Origin: Diadema antillarum
Lineage: Eukaryota
Assembly (NCBI RefSeq): GCF_040938485.1
Contig: NW_027270906.1
Coordinates: 992,001 to 1,056,000 of the forward strand
Length of the DNA: 64,000 nucleotides
Direction: 5' to 3'
Positions 12,980 to 26,100 of the stretch are shown in pieces (position 1 is the stretch's first letter; each line of letters opens with the position of its first letter). The notes under the pieces are model-generated. The model saw only the letters and a program-made list of their open reading frames with translations. It had not been told where the DNA came from and did no database searches. The translations under genes and the position numbers were made by a program.

Positions 12980-14125
12980 AATATGAGTGTGGATGATTAA
13001 AGCCGAAAGATTAATGAAATCATCGCGATCCCGCCGGTTGACAGTAGAGTAAAATATTGTTGAATAACGCATGTTACCTACTTAATCGGTGTTCAGAAAA
13101 AGAACCATGCGTATTTATTTAGTTTGAATAGATTTGGATTTGTTCATTATCATTTAACAAATGATGAGTTGACTCATTATGAGTGTGTATGATTAAAGCC
13201 GAAATAATTAGTGAAATCATCGCGATCCCGCTGGGTGACGGTAGCGTAAAAATAGTTTATAACGCATGTTAGCCTACTTAATCGGTGGTTAGAAAAAGAA
13301 ACAAACGCATTTATTAGTTTGAATAGATCCAGATTTGTTCATTATCGTTTAACAAATGATAATTTAAATATGAGTGTGTATGATTGAAGCCGAAATAATA
13401 ATTAGTGAAATCATTCCGATCTCGCCGGATGACCGTAGCGTAAAAGATAGTTGAATAACGCCTACCTATAATCGGTGTTCGGAAATAGAAACAAACGCAT
13501 TGAACAGTTCAAGAACGGAATCGATGTACAAAACGCAAAGAGATTTTCGGAAGAAAATAAAGAACACATTTTAATCCCTTCGGGCGCAACGATCATACAT
13601 TGTATAAAATTACAGCCGAAATGATTCATGAAATTATCGAATTCCCGCTGGGCACCAAGAGCGTAAATACCTCGAAGTTAACAGTAAACAACGCATGTAT
13701 GTTACTCTGAAATCATCACGATGTCGCCATGTGACAGTAGCGTAAAAAAGTTGAATGACACATGTTAACCTAAATCAGAAAAAGAAACCAACACATCTAT
13801 TAGTTTGAATAGATCTGGGTTTGTTCATTATTACAATTTTAACACTGCATTTCACAATGAAGATTTTTCTTTCTTTCAGAATGGTCTACCAGGTACATTT
13901 TTGCGTAAAAAGGATCTCAGCTTTCCACATTCAATCCTGTCGCATATTCTTCAAGAACGGATGTACAAAACGCGAAGAGATTTTCGCAAGAAAATAAAGA
14001 ACGCATTTTTAATCCCTTCGGGAGCAACGATTATACATTGTACAACTTTGTTACAGCCGAAATGATTCATGAAATCATCGCATTCACGCTGGGTACCAAC
14101 AGCATAAAAATACCTCGCAAGCTAC
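12980..14125. repeat. Internal tandem repeats: about 190-bp unit x3 plus a duplicated block of about 170 bp
   Basis: ATGAGTGTG.ATGATT.AAGCCGAAA...TGAAATCAT recurs near 12983, 13179 and 13370. The TTCAAGAACGG...TAATCCCTTCGGG block occurs at about 13510 and 13950. Confidence 0.8.
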
Positions 14126-15294
14126 GGTAAAGAAGGCCTCCTCTATTTGCGCTGGTGTTTAGAAAAAACTTCACAAAGAAGAATTATTACAATAAAGATT
14201 TAACTCATTTCAGCTGCTTACTTTTACGTCTATTTCACAAATAATTTCCCTTTATTCTCTCAATAATAATGATCCATAATTGTGTAATAATAACGCAAAC
14301 GATGTTCTTCAGTTTCATTGATGGGGTGTCGTGCTTATGTTTTTCTTTGTTTTTGATGCGTACGGATATAACGAGGTACCGGTTATAACGAGGTAATATC
14401 GCCGGTCCCACGGACCTCGTTGTTACGGGGTTTCACTGTATATACAAAACGATCAAGAAGGTGAGGAATTATTTCGTCTTCTATGTGGCACTCAAAAGCC
14501 TCCATACATTTACACTTGCACATTATGGCTCTAATTCATAAACATGAATAAATCCATTTACTGGGAACAATAATACTGACACAGGAAGACATTAAAGTGA
14601 ATAACATTTTACACAAATTTACACTTGTTTATATGTGTTAACTAAGAATTTTTACTTCCATGGCTGAATGACCATCTCATAGGTCAGAGAAAGAGTTTGT
14701 ATGAATACACTGTACATCCTCCAATGTAAATCAAATCATGTATAATATAATTTCACAATTGACTGCAAGCCATGTCATGCCCACAGCCAGGACTTAGAAA
14801 ATCAGACAGAAGACCTTCAAAGATTTAAGAAATAATTACAGTGGAAACCCAATATAACGAGATCCTTGGGACCAAGACAATTTGTTCTTTGTATCAGATA
14901 TTTTGTTATATCAGTAGTCAATAAACAATACAAACCAAAGGAAATTAATTCATCGGGAGTGGAGAAATTAGTTTGTTATATCAGGTATTCTGTTATACAT
15001 ATGTCAGATTTCTTTACATTGTCTTTCCCCATTGTAATGTTGACGCAGTCTCTCAGTATAAGTTTCTCTATCTGTACAAATTTACAAACTTGTACATGGT
15101 TGCCAACCATGCCTATGATATTAGGAATATATGAAAGTAAGTTATGATTGCAATAATAAAGTTTTGTTGGAGCAATAGTGAGAGTAGCATCCATTAAACT
15201 CTGAATAATCCTAGGAAATACACAAACATGTGTCCTAAGATATGTAACAGTGAGTGAGTGCCTGAAATCATGCATGGCCCAAAATCTTTTCTTG

Positions 15295-15499
15295 CACAGG
15301 CAAATCCTGTTATAACGAAGTTCTTGGGACTGGCAGCTTTCTTCTGTTAAACAAAATTTCATTTCAACCGAACAAATAAAGTACATGTACATGTACATGT
15401 ATATAAACATGTAAAGATACAAAGTTTGGGAATGAATTTTTACTTCATTGTAACAAAAATGAATGTCACAACCCTGTTCATTATAACAAGAGTGCACTG
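15295..15499. mobile_element. Degenerate Tigger-like MITE related to 2490-2668
   Basis: The reverse complement begins CAGTGCACTCTTGTTATAATGAACAGGG, matching the 2490 element. Another truncated relative starts at about 14839. Confidence 0.55.
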
Positions 15500-15890
15500 T
15501 AATTAACATATTCCTTGCATATGGATGTCCACAAGACATACAAAACCTGAAAAAGTATGTTTCTTTAATGATCATGACCTGTTAGTTTTAAACTCGGTTT
15601 GCCAATACGTTGCCTTTTTAAGATTTCACTTTATATCTCAACTCTGACTACATATTATCCTCTTGGAACACATATAGAGAGTTCACTACACACACTCTAC
15701 TGGAGTTGATAATCAATTTCTCATGTATGTACTGTATCTGCCATATATTTCAGTTTTTGGTGTGTGTGTGTGTGGTGTGTGTGTGTGTGTTTGGGGGGGG
15801 GGGAGAAGGTTGCAAAATATGAGAGTTGGGAGCCATTTGCATTTTAACAACACATGAAAATATTAAGTTAGATCCCGACATGAATGCAAA

Positions 15891-18390
15891 GTGCACATTC
15901 ACAATTCTGAAGATATTATTTCCCATATCACTGTATTGCCATCTTTGCCATCTGATCACTCCGCCATTCTTTCCGCCATTAATCTTAAAAGCCCACCAAA
16001 CCCTAGAAGGAAAGTTAGCTTTAGGAAGCTTCGCAATATTGACACCAACTCTTTCCGCCATGATATTAAACAGGCTTTGTTGACTTCCCAGTGTACATCT
16101 TGTCCTACAGAAGCAATTTCAATGTATAATGACATGCTGAGTAATCTGTTGGACAAGCATGCCCCTGTTAAAACCGTGACTGTGACAATTAGACCCAATG
16201 CCCCTTGGTTCTCTGATGAGATTAGGGAGGCCAGGAGGCGTCGGCGTCGTGCTGAACGTCGCATGTTGAAGTCCGGCACGCAGTCTGACATGGACCTGTA
16301 TCGTCAAGAATGTGAGCTGTACTACAGTCTGATTACCGATGCAAAGTCCCAGTACCTGAGAAAAGAGATCGCGAATGCCGACTCTAAACGACTATTCAAC
16401 TTCGTGAAGAAACTGTCCACCCCTTCTGACTCTTCTATTTATCCTGAACACTCATCTGATTCAGAACTGGCGCACAGGTTCAGTATGTTCTTCATGAAGA
16501 AAATCGATGATATTGTGTCTTCCTTTGTATCTGACGTGAACCATTTGGAGTTATCCGTCCAGGCTCCTGAGAACTCTTTGAACTGCAACCTGAGCGAGTT
16601 TAATCCGGTCACTGATGAACAGCTTCGACGTCTCATCATGCTATCTCCACCAAAATCTTGCACTCTGGACCCTCTTCCAACTTGGCTGCTCAAAGAGTGC
16701 CTTGATGAGCTGCTTCCGGTTCTTAAAAACATCATTAACACATCATTGTCATCGGGAATAGTTCCAATACCTTTCAAGACATCTCTTGTTTCCCCTCTGT
16801 TGAAGAAACCGAACCTAGATCCCGATGTCCTGAGCAATTACCGACCAATTGCCAATCTGCCATTTGTGAGTAAGCTTCTTGAAAGGATTGTGTCTACACA
16901 GTTAATGTCTTATGTTGACAGTAATCATCTGCTTCCTACAAACCAGTCAGCATACCGCAACCTCCACTCAACAGAAACTGCCTTGTTGAAAGTGCTCAAC
17001 GATCTCCTTCTTGCTGTCGACAAGGGCAATGAGGCTGCTATTCTTCTTCTTGACTATTCGGCTGCGTTTGACACGCTCGACCACACGTTGCTACTACAAC
17101 GACTTAGTAATGACTACTCCATCACAGGCACTGCCATCCAATGGATCAAGTCATATCTTCAAGATCGCACACAGAGGGTGATAATCAATGGGACCTGTTC
17201 ACGTCCTAGTCCTATCAGCTGCGGAGTTCCGCAAGGATCCGTTGCCGGCCCCCTTCTTTTTCTCCTCTATACAGGTCCACTCACCAGAATCATCAATTGT
17301 CATCATGGAGTCAACTACGCTATGTATGCTGACGACACTCAAATTTACATAACTATGTCACCTGGCGATAGGATTGCTGCTGTTAATTCACTGAGAGAAT
17401 GTCTCAACGACATCAAAGCCTGGTCCACTGCCAACAGACTCCGTCTGAACGAAGACAAGTCTGAACTCATCCATTTCTCATCACAGTTTAGGAGCACAGT
17501 TCCTCTACCAGATCTAACTACTCGGGATGGGATTATTAAGGTCTCTGACTGTGTTAGAGACCTTGGCTTTACTTTGGACAAACACTTAACTCTTAAACAC
17601 CATATCACAAACATTTGTAAGTCTGCATCATGGGGTATTTTGAAAATAGGGAAGATCAGGCGTCTGCTTGATCAATCATCAGCTGAGCGGCTCGTCCATG
17701 CCTTCGTCTCCTCCTATCTGGACTACTGCAACTCCCTCCTTGCCGGCCTCCCTCTTTCTCACATATCCCCTCTCCAACGTATCCAAAATTCAGCCGCTAG
17801 ATTAGTCTCCCTTAGTAGGAGACATGACCATATATCTCCTGTTCTCCGCTCACTACATTGGCTTCCAGTCCATTCCCGTATTACTTTCAAAATCCTACTT
17901 CTGACGTACAAAATCACACGTAATCTTGCACCCATATATCTTCAAAACCTAGTCTCTCTCCGCTCCTCCTCTTCTGCCAGACCCCTCCGTTCATCTTCCT
18001 CTCTCCAATTACTTCATGGCCCACGTACAAAAACCCGTTATGGTGACCGAGCCTTCTCTTCCATTGCTCCCACTCTTTGGATCGAATAAACTCCCTCTGT
18101 ATATTCAGAATGCCTCATCTGTCGGATCATTTAAAATTCTTCTTAAAACTCACCTGTTTAATCAGTTGTAATTTTTTTTTTCTCCTGGAGGCGCACACAG
18201 TTATCAATTATTGTACCATTGTATCACATGTATTTTTCTTTTCTTTTCTTTTCTTTCTTCTTCTTTTGTTACTGTTAATGCTGATTTTGTTAATGTTATT
18301 GTGTTTTCTAATCTATTTGTATGAGTAGCAAAGTGCGCTTAGAAACGTCAGTATGAAGCGCCATATAAATGCAATTATTATTATTATTAT
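15891..18390 (+). mobile_element. L2/CR1-group LINE, 5'-truncated, with long intact ORF2 (end of endonuclease plus reverse transcriptase)
   Basis: 732-aa ORF 15891-18089 with SDH, DYSAAFDTLDH, GVPQGSVAGPLLF, YADDTQIY and HWLPVHSRITFKIL motifs. The 3' UTR has a GCGCTT...AAGCGC stem-loop and an (ATT)n tail at about 18374-18390. Confidence 0.95.
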
Positions 18391-18730
18391 AATTCCCCAT
18401 CCATCGCAGTACAGTTGTACTAGTCCACGATCATGAATGTAACCACTTGCAACATAGTCAGGAAGTTCCAATTCATGAAAATTTAGACTCGCTAAATATA
18501 TGAATACAGTATGGTCACATGCCTTTTTAAAGTCATACATTTGCTCACGAGTCGCTATTTATGTGTAGACACCCTGAACTTGGACAGGATGTTCTGTACT
18601 CATAACTTAAAAGTAGCGTACTGCATAATACATGCAGTAAAAAAACGGTGAAGGCAGGTGTTATGGTTAAGTTACAGGGTGCATAACTGCAGTTGCTTTA
18701 TTTCAGATTGGTTCGAATTAATACATTTTC

Positions 18731-19053
18731 ATGGACTACAAGCCCGGTAAGGCTGCTAATAATGAAAACATTTTATAACAAATTATCATTATCACTGTTA
18801 TATCTGTGATTATTATCACAAGGTTATGATATCTATAATTATCATCATTTTCAATACAAATACAAATACAACATCAGAATTAATTAATTGTAATTAATTG
18901 ATTAGAAACAATCCATTTAAATGGACTACAAGCCCGGTAAAGCTGCTAACAATGAAAACATTTTACAACTTATCATTATCACTGTTATACCTGTGATTGT
19001 TATCACACGGTTATATGATATTTCATAATTATTATCATTATCAATACAAATAC
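18731..19053. repeat. Tandem duplication, about 190-bp period
   Basis: ATGGACTACAAGCCCGGTAA...TCAATACAAATACAAA occurs at 18731 and at 18920. Confidence 0.8.
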
Positions 19054-19465
19054 AAAGTTAGTTATCACGTGAAGGGAGAAATTATGTTTTTCCACAAGTT
19101 GGAAGCAGGCCGGACAGAGATGAGTGGTATACTGTACTACCAGCTTAGTATTGTTACTGTGGTCTTAATTTGGCACTTTCATCTTCAGCTGGAGCATCAT
19201 GTGAATACAAATCTTTGAAATTATTTTTATGCTTACACATATACTTTTAAGTCTCTCATCTGCATGTCATGCTCATGATGGCTCAGGACCTGTACTACAT
19301 GAACTATGCACCATGATTGATATACTGCAAAGTATGATCAATGAATGAGTTTTCTCTTCCTGGGACGAAATCAAACAGGAAAAATTGCACTTGACAATAT
19401 TCTTGGAATATTCATCTATGACTTGTCCTCAAGTCATCATTATTTGAGTCATAAAGACAATTTAA

Positions 19466-19866
19466 AGGGACGGCCTCGTTTCGGTTGAGATAGGGCTTCA
19501 GGTTTCCAACATTTTTTTATTATTATTCTTTGAGATAATGAAAAACCTGTTATGAAAATATGAAAGAGCATTTAATTTTATGAGGAATTCAAAGTTTATT
19601 TGATGAAAATTGGTTTTGAAATGGCTGAGATATCCAAAACAAAGTGATCCTAATAAAAGGTGGGACCCACCTTTTATTAGGATCTCTTCGTTTTACTTTG
19701 TTATTGGATGTCTCAGCCATTTCAAAACTAGTGTAATTTTCATCAAATAAACTTTGAATTTCTCTTAGAATTGTATGCTCTTTCATATTTCATAACGTGG
19801 TTTCTAAGTTTCTTGCAAAGAGTGAAAAGCTGAATCCTCACCAAAACCAATATTGTACCATCCCTG
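19466..19866. mobile_element. Kolobok-like MITE (family 1), opposite orientation to the 12376 copy
   Basis: TTAA|AGGGAC start, GAATTCAAAGTTTATTTGATGAAAA and GGTGGGACCCAC body, degenerate ATCCCT end. Confidence 0.65.
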
Positions 19867-20132
19867 TTAGATATGGATTTATGTAACTACATGAACATCT
19901 TGCAAAAGAGAAAGATAGCAAATAAAAACATCTGATTAAAAAAAAAGAAAAATGAACTTAAATATACACAAACTGAAATCTAAAAATAAATCATGACAAA
20001 ACTCCATCAGAGGAAGCACTGACTGATGGATCCAACAGCTTTTCATTTGAATAGATATATTGGATCTGTGGCATCTCCGATGCAATGAAGTCATGTGTTC
20101 AAATTCCAGACCCTAACATCTTTTCCGTCTCA

Positions 20133-23100
20133 TCATGCTGTGTCGTCAGGCTTTCTTCCAAGCAGCAGAAAGATGGGAGATACAATTTGTAGCATGGTAT
20201 CATTTGGTGATGCTTCTGGGTCTCCAAGGGCTGCAAGAACCCTGAGGACGTAGAAGATATAAAGGTACTGACAGTCTTTGCAGAAAAGAGATCGACAGAT
20301 AAACAGAGTTAAAAAGCAAACAAACAAGCAAACATATCCCGCCAACAACAATAGCAAAACAGGATTCACATGCAGAAGTGAATGGGGTATCAAGACAGGA
20401 TTTTTTTTTTTTTTTTGTGTACAATCCTTGTTTGTGTTTTGATAATTTGAATGCCTCATATTAGACCCCGTTTACAGTGCGGGGCCGGGCTCGGCCGCGC
20501 CTCAATTGTGCGGCCGAGCCTCGCAATTTTGTCCGTTTACACTGCTGGGCTCGGCCGCGCTTTTGATTCAAACCTTTCAATATTTTGTCGTAGTGGCGCT
20601 CTGCTTGTAAACAAATGCAATTTGGTATTGTCTCGTTTTCAGACCCTTTGCCAAATGAATTCCGCGGCGACGAAGTCGCCGTTCGGGCAAAGGCCTTTGC
20701 CGAAGGAAAGAATCCTTTGCAGGACAAAACCACCTTAAACTATACTAGTTTTCGACGTTGAGGGGGTTAATATCCTGAATAGCGAAAGATACAGGCAGAG
20801 GGTTTGGAAGCCAGACTAAAATTGGCCGCGCAATTGGCCGCGCATTTGGCCCAGTTTGCGTTTACTCCAAGAAAAGGCCGGGCTCGGCCACCGAGCCGCG
20901 GCCGAGACCACCTCCAGAGCGAGGCCAAATGCGAGGCCAATTTTGGCCTCGCATTTGGCCTTTTGCGCGTTTACACTGAAGCGGGGCTGGGCACGGCCGC
21001 GGCTTGGCCGCGGCCGAGCCGCGGCCGAGCCGCGGCCGAGCCTCGCACTGTAAACGGGGTCTAACTGTTACCTTGCTTACCCTACCAATCCAAACAGTGA
21101 TCTGTGTGGATATATCTATTCAGGAGCATTCTAGCATTATTTACCATTTGCAGATGAAACAAATACCCAGCTTTAATGCTTCAAAATAGTTCTAAAATGT
21201 GTATTAGTGATAGAAACAACCAATGTTAATCAGGAAAATCAATTTTAAATATTGGTAGATATACAAATTGTGAGCTATATCATTAAAAAAAAAATTGTTC
21301 TCGAATAAATCGTCTACAGTTTCCGTTTATTGAGAAATATAGTGATATCTCCTTATATTTTAGGCTTTATTGCAAAATGTTCATATGGCAGGATGTTTTG
21401 TGATACAACTGACCTACACATATATATGCATCAAATGTGAGAACCTTAAATCACTGCTCCCAATGGTAAACAATACCTTTATAAGAGATTTAAAACATGG
21501 CTGCATGCAATATGTTCACAATATACATATCCATGCATTATATTCACCCAACATTTTCAAACAGTAATATCTAAACAGTTGTAAGCCATGAAACTCCATT
21601 AGGTGAACAAACTGCTGGTTAACCTTGATTGGCACAGAAAACCTCACATCTTTGTACATACTGTCCAAATGTCCTTGCACAGAAAGGATTGTGAAAATTA
21701 TCACTACAATACATTATCAAGTTGATTGAAAAAAAAAAAAAAAAGATCTTCTAGTGATCTATGTAATAGTGGCCTGTTGTGCCTTCTCACTTTTTCTGGT
21801 ACTCTGGTAGCAAGGTTTCCTTCGTTGGGTCCTTCTCCAAACAGAGCTGGTAGGCAGACCAACTCCTGAGATAGCCAATGAAATGGGCCAGACTCCACTC
21901 CACTCGGATCTCCAGTGAATCATCCCTTTAATCACAGAAATAGGTCAGGTCAGTCAACACGCATTGTGTCTGACAAACTGTGTTAGTTCTCTCAGAAGTT
22001 TCTAAACTAATACACACTCGAAGTACATGCACTGCACCCATTTTTTTTTTTCCAGGTTCAAAACATTAGAAAGGTTGATGACACCTACTGCCATATGAAT
22101 GAGTAGAAAACAAACAAACAAACAGTGACTGGCAAAAAAAAAAAAAAAAAAGAGAGAAAAGAAATAATTCAAGAAGATGGCACAAGTGGTCTCTTTTTCT
22201 AGTGAACTCCATTTCACAGAGAATGTGGAAGAACCTTGTCGTATCAATTCACATTTTCTTGCCAAATACACTTAATCACTTTGTGTGTAGTACTGTATAC
22301 GCCATACATTTCGCGAGTCTAAATTTTCGTGAATCAGGAATTTACGATGATTCCGCGAGTGGTTAAATTCGCGATCGTGGAGTCGTGTACTGAACGGAGA
22401 AATGTACACGCGTACGTCACATCCACGTTGGGATCAGAGTCAATATTTTCGCATGTCTTTCATTTTGCGAATGGCACAAGACTCGCGAAATTCGCAAAAA
22501 TAAAAACCTCGCGAAATATTTGGCGTATACAGTATAAGGGCTGCAACCTCAGATCTACATAATAGAAAATATGCTGATGTATATAAAAAACCCTGAAATT
22601 TTGAAGGCAAAAGATACTATATTGGCAACATTGCACACATTTCAAGGGTGCCAAATCAATATTTAGGGAAAGAAAAAGAAATGTATCTTTTTACTTTTGA
22701 TTACAACAAACTTACTTTATTTGAAAAAAAAAGAAAAGAAAAGAAAAGAAAGAACACTACGTGGCAGCCCTGTAGTTTGCATGCCATAGTTTTGTTTCCT
22801 TTAATCTCGGGTCAGCCTTTCTGTCATCTGGTGCCTTGTGTCATTAAGGTATACACAAAGTTGGATACATCAGTACACTTGTATTACCAATATGAAAGAG
22901 TGGTCATCTACACAAGATTTAATTAACCTAATAGCCACACAGAGTGTAAAAGTGTGAATTGGTCTTTTCACAAGGTGGTGCGGAAGAGAGAAATAGATAT
23001 AGTAGTCCGTTTTAGAAGTCAACGTTCATTTGTCTTCAGAAAGAACATTTCTTTCATGCACTCTAAATGCATCTTCACATATGCATGATATATCAATACC

Positions 23101-26100
23101 ATATCTATCATGGACAAAGTACCAACCGCCATCTGCATCATCTGTTATGAATCAAGGAATTTCAAGTGAACATTCATGTCCACTGTCAAAAAAACCCCAA
23201 CCAAACAAACCCTCAAACCAATCACAATCTATTATTGCAAACTGCATGCAAAATACATGAGAATACATGTACGTGTATAACAGTTGTAAATTGGTCTTAC
23301 AAGTTACATACAAGCCCTGAGGTCAAAGATATCGATACAACTTTACTCACCTTTCAGATTCTTCAAATGGCAGCGAGAAATCAGCATATTTATTCTCTAT
23401 ATGTCTTCTCCTTTCGTTCCAGTATGACCCAAGAGCATCAAAGTAGAGCTACACAGAGGTATATATCAATCAGAGTAAAGAGTTTGTGTGACTACTTCTG
23501 TTTAGACTGCACAGCTCATCATTACTTTCCTCTGAATGCGCTAACATGGCTGACATCTGATATCAGTTTATAAAGTTTGCCCATGTGGCCGTGCCTATCC
23601 TTTCCCCCCTTCACTGATATTGGTGTTTTCTCAACTGTTTAATTATGCATCTTAATACTTCTGAAGTACTCAAGTGGTTATCACATTTAACCCATTGAAG
23701 ACGAGTCCTGAGAATCCTTGGACAGGTGTCTATGAGAAACGCATGTTTTAGCAAAATCAGTCCGTCCTCAATAGCAAGGATAAAACGGTGCAACGTGTAA
23801 GTACAGGCAGTATTACAGTACTAATAGTTTCAGAACACCTACAATGTGAAAATATCAAGGTAGAACTCTTTTAGTGCAAGGACACACAAATGAATGAAAT
23901 AAACCCAATGGTACTGCATGACAGTTTAAAGGACAAGTTCACCTTCATAAACATAAGGATTGAGAGAATGTAGTAATATTAGTAGAACACATCATGGAAA
24001 GTTTGAGGAAAATCGGACAATCCGTTCAAAAGTTATGGATTTTTGAAGTTTTTGTGCAGTAACCGCTGGATGAGAAGATTACTGCAGTGTATGAATAACT
24101 TAGCTGTCACATGCGTACAACAATATAAGGAAAATATAAAGAGAATTTCACAAAATTTCATCTTTTGGAGAAAGTACACATTCCCCTGACTCATTACCGA
24201 CATATGTTACGGGTAATATTATTCCCCCTGCCTTTAGAAAGAGGCAAGTCAAGTGCTCTTTTATTATGCGAAAAAAGTTAAAATATGTTGAATTTTCTTT
24301 ACATTTTCTTTATACTGTTGTACGCATATGACTCACAAGCTGTAGTAGTCTCCTCATCCAGCGGTTCAAACACAAAAATGTTAAAAATTCATAACTTTTG
24401 TATCGATTGTCCAATTTTCCTCAAACTTTCACTGATGTGTTCTACTAATATTGTTGCATTCTCTCAATCCTTATGTTTAAGAAGGTGAACTTGTCCTTTA
24501 AAGTTGCATTATATTGCTAGTCTTCAGGGGACCGTTTCAAGAAACTTTTTGTCAGTGATTTACACTGACAACTGTTAAAAGCTACTGAAATCCTTGCGTC
24601 TGATTGGCTGATAGCAAATTTGTCGGTGAAAACCTCCGACGAACTCGTTGATGAAACGCCCCCCCTGGTTAATGGCACATCATTCTTCCCTCCCCACAAT
24701 GGAATACATGTAGCATGGCAACTTTCCTTTTTTAATTGGCAAAGCTACCGACCTCATCAAAGTCTTTTGCAAGCAGCTTCTTAATGGCCGGCTTCTGGTG
24801 GTCCAGCCAGGGCACGCCATAACCGTAGACGGCCAAGCAGCCACGGGGCCTTAGAATCCGCCTCGACTCCTCACAGAAGGACTTGAAGTCCAGCCAGTGG
24901 ACTGCTTGGGCACAGGTCACCAGGTCCACAGAGCCTGCCTCCACTGGCAAGCTGTCTGCTGGGGACACCCTCATGGAAAGGAAACAAAACCAAGCATAAA
25001 AACTCACACACCATATGTCAACTGCATGAACAAACCTTCTATCTTGTGAGGAGTTAAATCTGTTACTTTTTTAATAACCACATGCAATTAAAGTGTGAAA
25101 ATATTTGTCCTGTCTATGGTGAAACCAATTGTTTCACTGGAACCAATATAACACATGAGACATCATGACTATCACTCAGATTTGATTTTACCCACACACA
25201 GGACTGCTCACACAACCTATAAAATTGATTGATAATCTACACAGGTAGTGTAAAACCATCAATTTTTGTGTGTGTTTCAATTTTGGAAATCCGGTGAGAG
25301 CCATGATTCACGAAACTAAAATGTACACGAAGGTTCTTGTCTACACTATAATTCATTGGATGGGCAGTGGTTATTTGTGGAAATTTCATACTGCCAAACA
25401 AGGCCGTCGGCTCCAATTTGCACAAAAAAATTAATGCCACAAACATTTCTTGCTTTACAGTAATCCACTATAATCTTGCCAAAGCTGAAATCTTAAGCTG
25501 CTACTATTAGAGCAGTAGGTGATCTGCTTTCTAATTAATCTTTTACCATCTTCACACTCTTCAAGGTTTCACCCCAAGGATTTCGATGAGAGAAAACTAC
25601 TTACTTAAATTCAACATTTGACACTGTGCTTGCCTTGGCTGCAGCCTCAATTTGTGCCTTGCTGATGTCAAAGCCAATCACTCGCTGGAAGGACGGTGCT
25701 ATCCCATGAGTACTCTGTCCTGAACCACAGCCCACATCCACTGCCATACCATGTGGAGGGGGTTTCTTGAAGAAATATATCATGAGTCACTTTTCCAACA
25801 TCAATGAGCACTTTGGGAATTTATGTGGTAAAGCTTTATTCATACATTTTATATGGATATCGTGACTTGCTCATCAACCCAAATTTTACTACACGGGATC
25901 AAGATACATAAAAATTAATTGCATCTTTCACTCTGGACAATTGTCATCGAGCCACTAAAATTATTTCCAGTATTTTCCCTGTCATTCCTACCAATAGTAT
26001 GGCTTGAGGATAAAGCATCCAAGATTGAATAGTTACTTATCCCAAAAAGCAAAGAAATGCATATAAAATGTCAGCAAATTATAACTGTATATCAATGCAC

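Larger units (their letters stand above)
11987..14438. mobile_element. Non-autonomous pogo/Tigger-like DNA element carrying internal tandem repeats
   Basis: TIR CAGTGAAACCCCGTTATAACGAG / CTCGTTGTTACGGGGTTTCACTG with TA duplication and subterminal GGTTATAACGAG repeats. No transposase ORF. Confidence 0.8.

Noticed and set aside
15956-17614. Minus-strand ORFs opposite the L2 ORF2
   Set aside because: They are antisense shadows of a long coding frame.
20451-21064. Overlapping Arg/Ala-rich ORFs
   Set aside because: They are by-products of a GC-rich palindromic repeat element.
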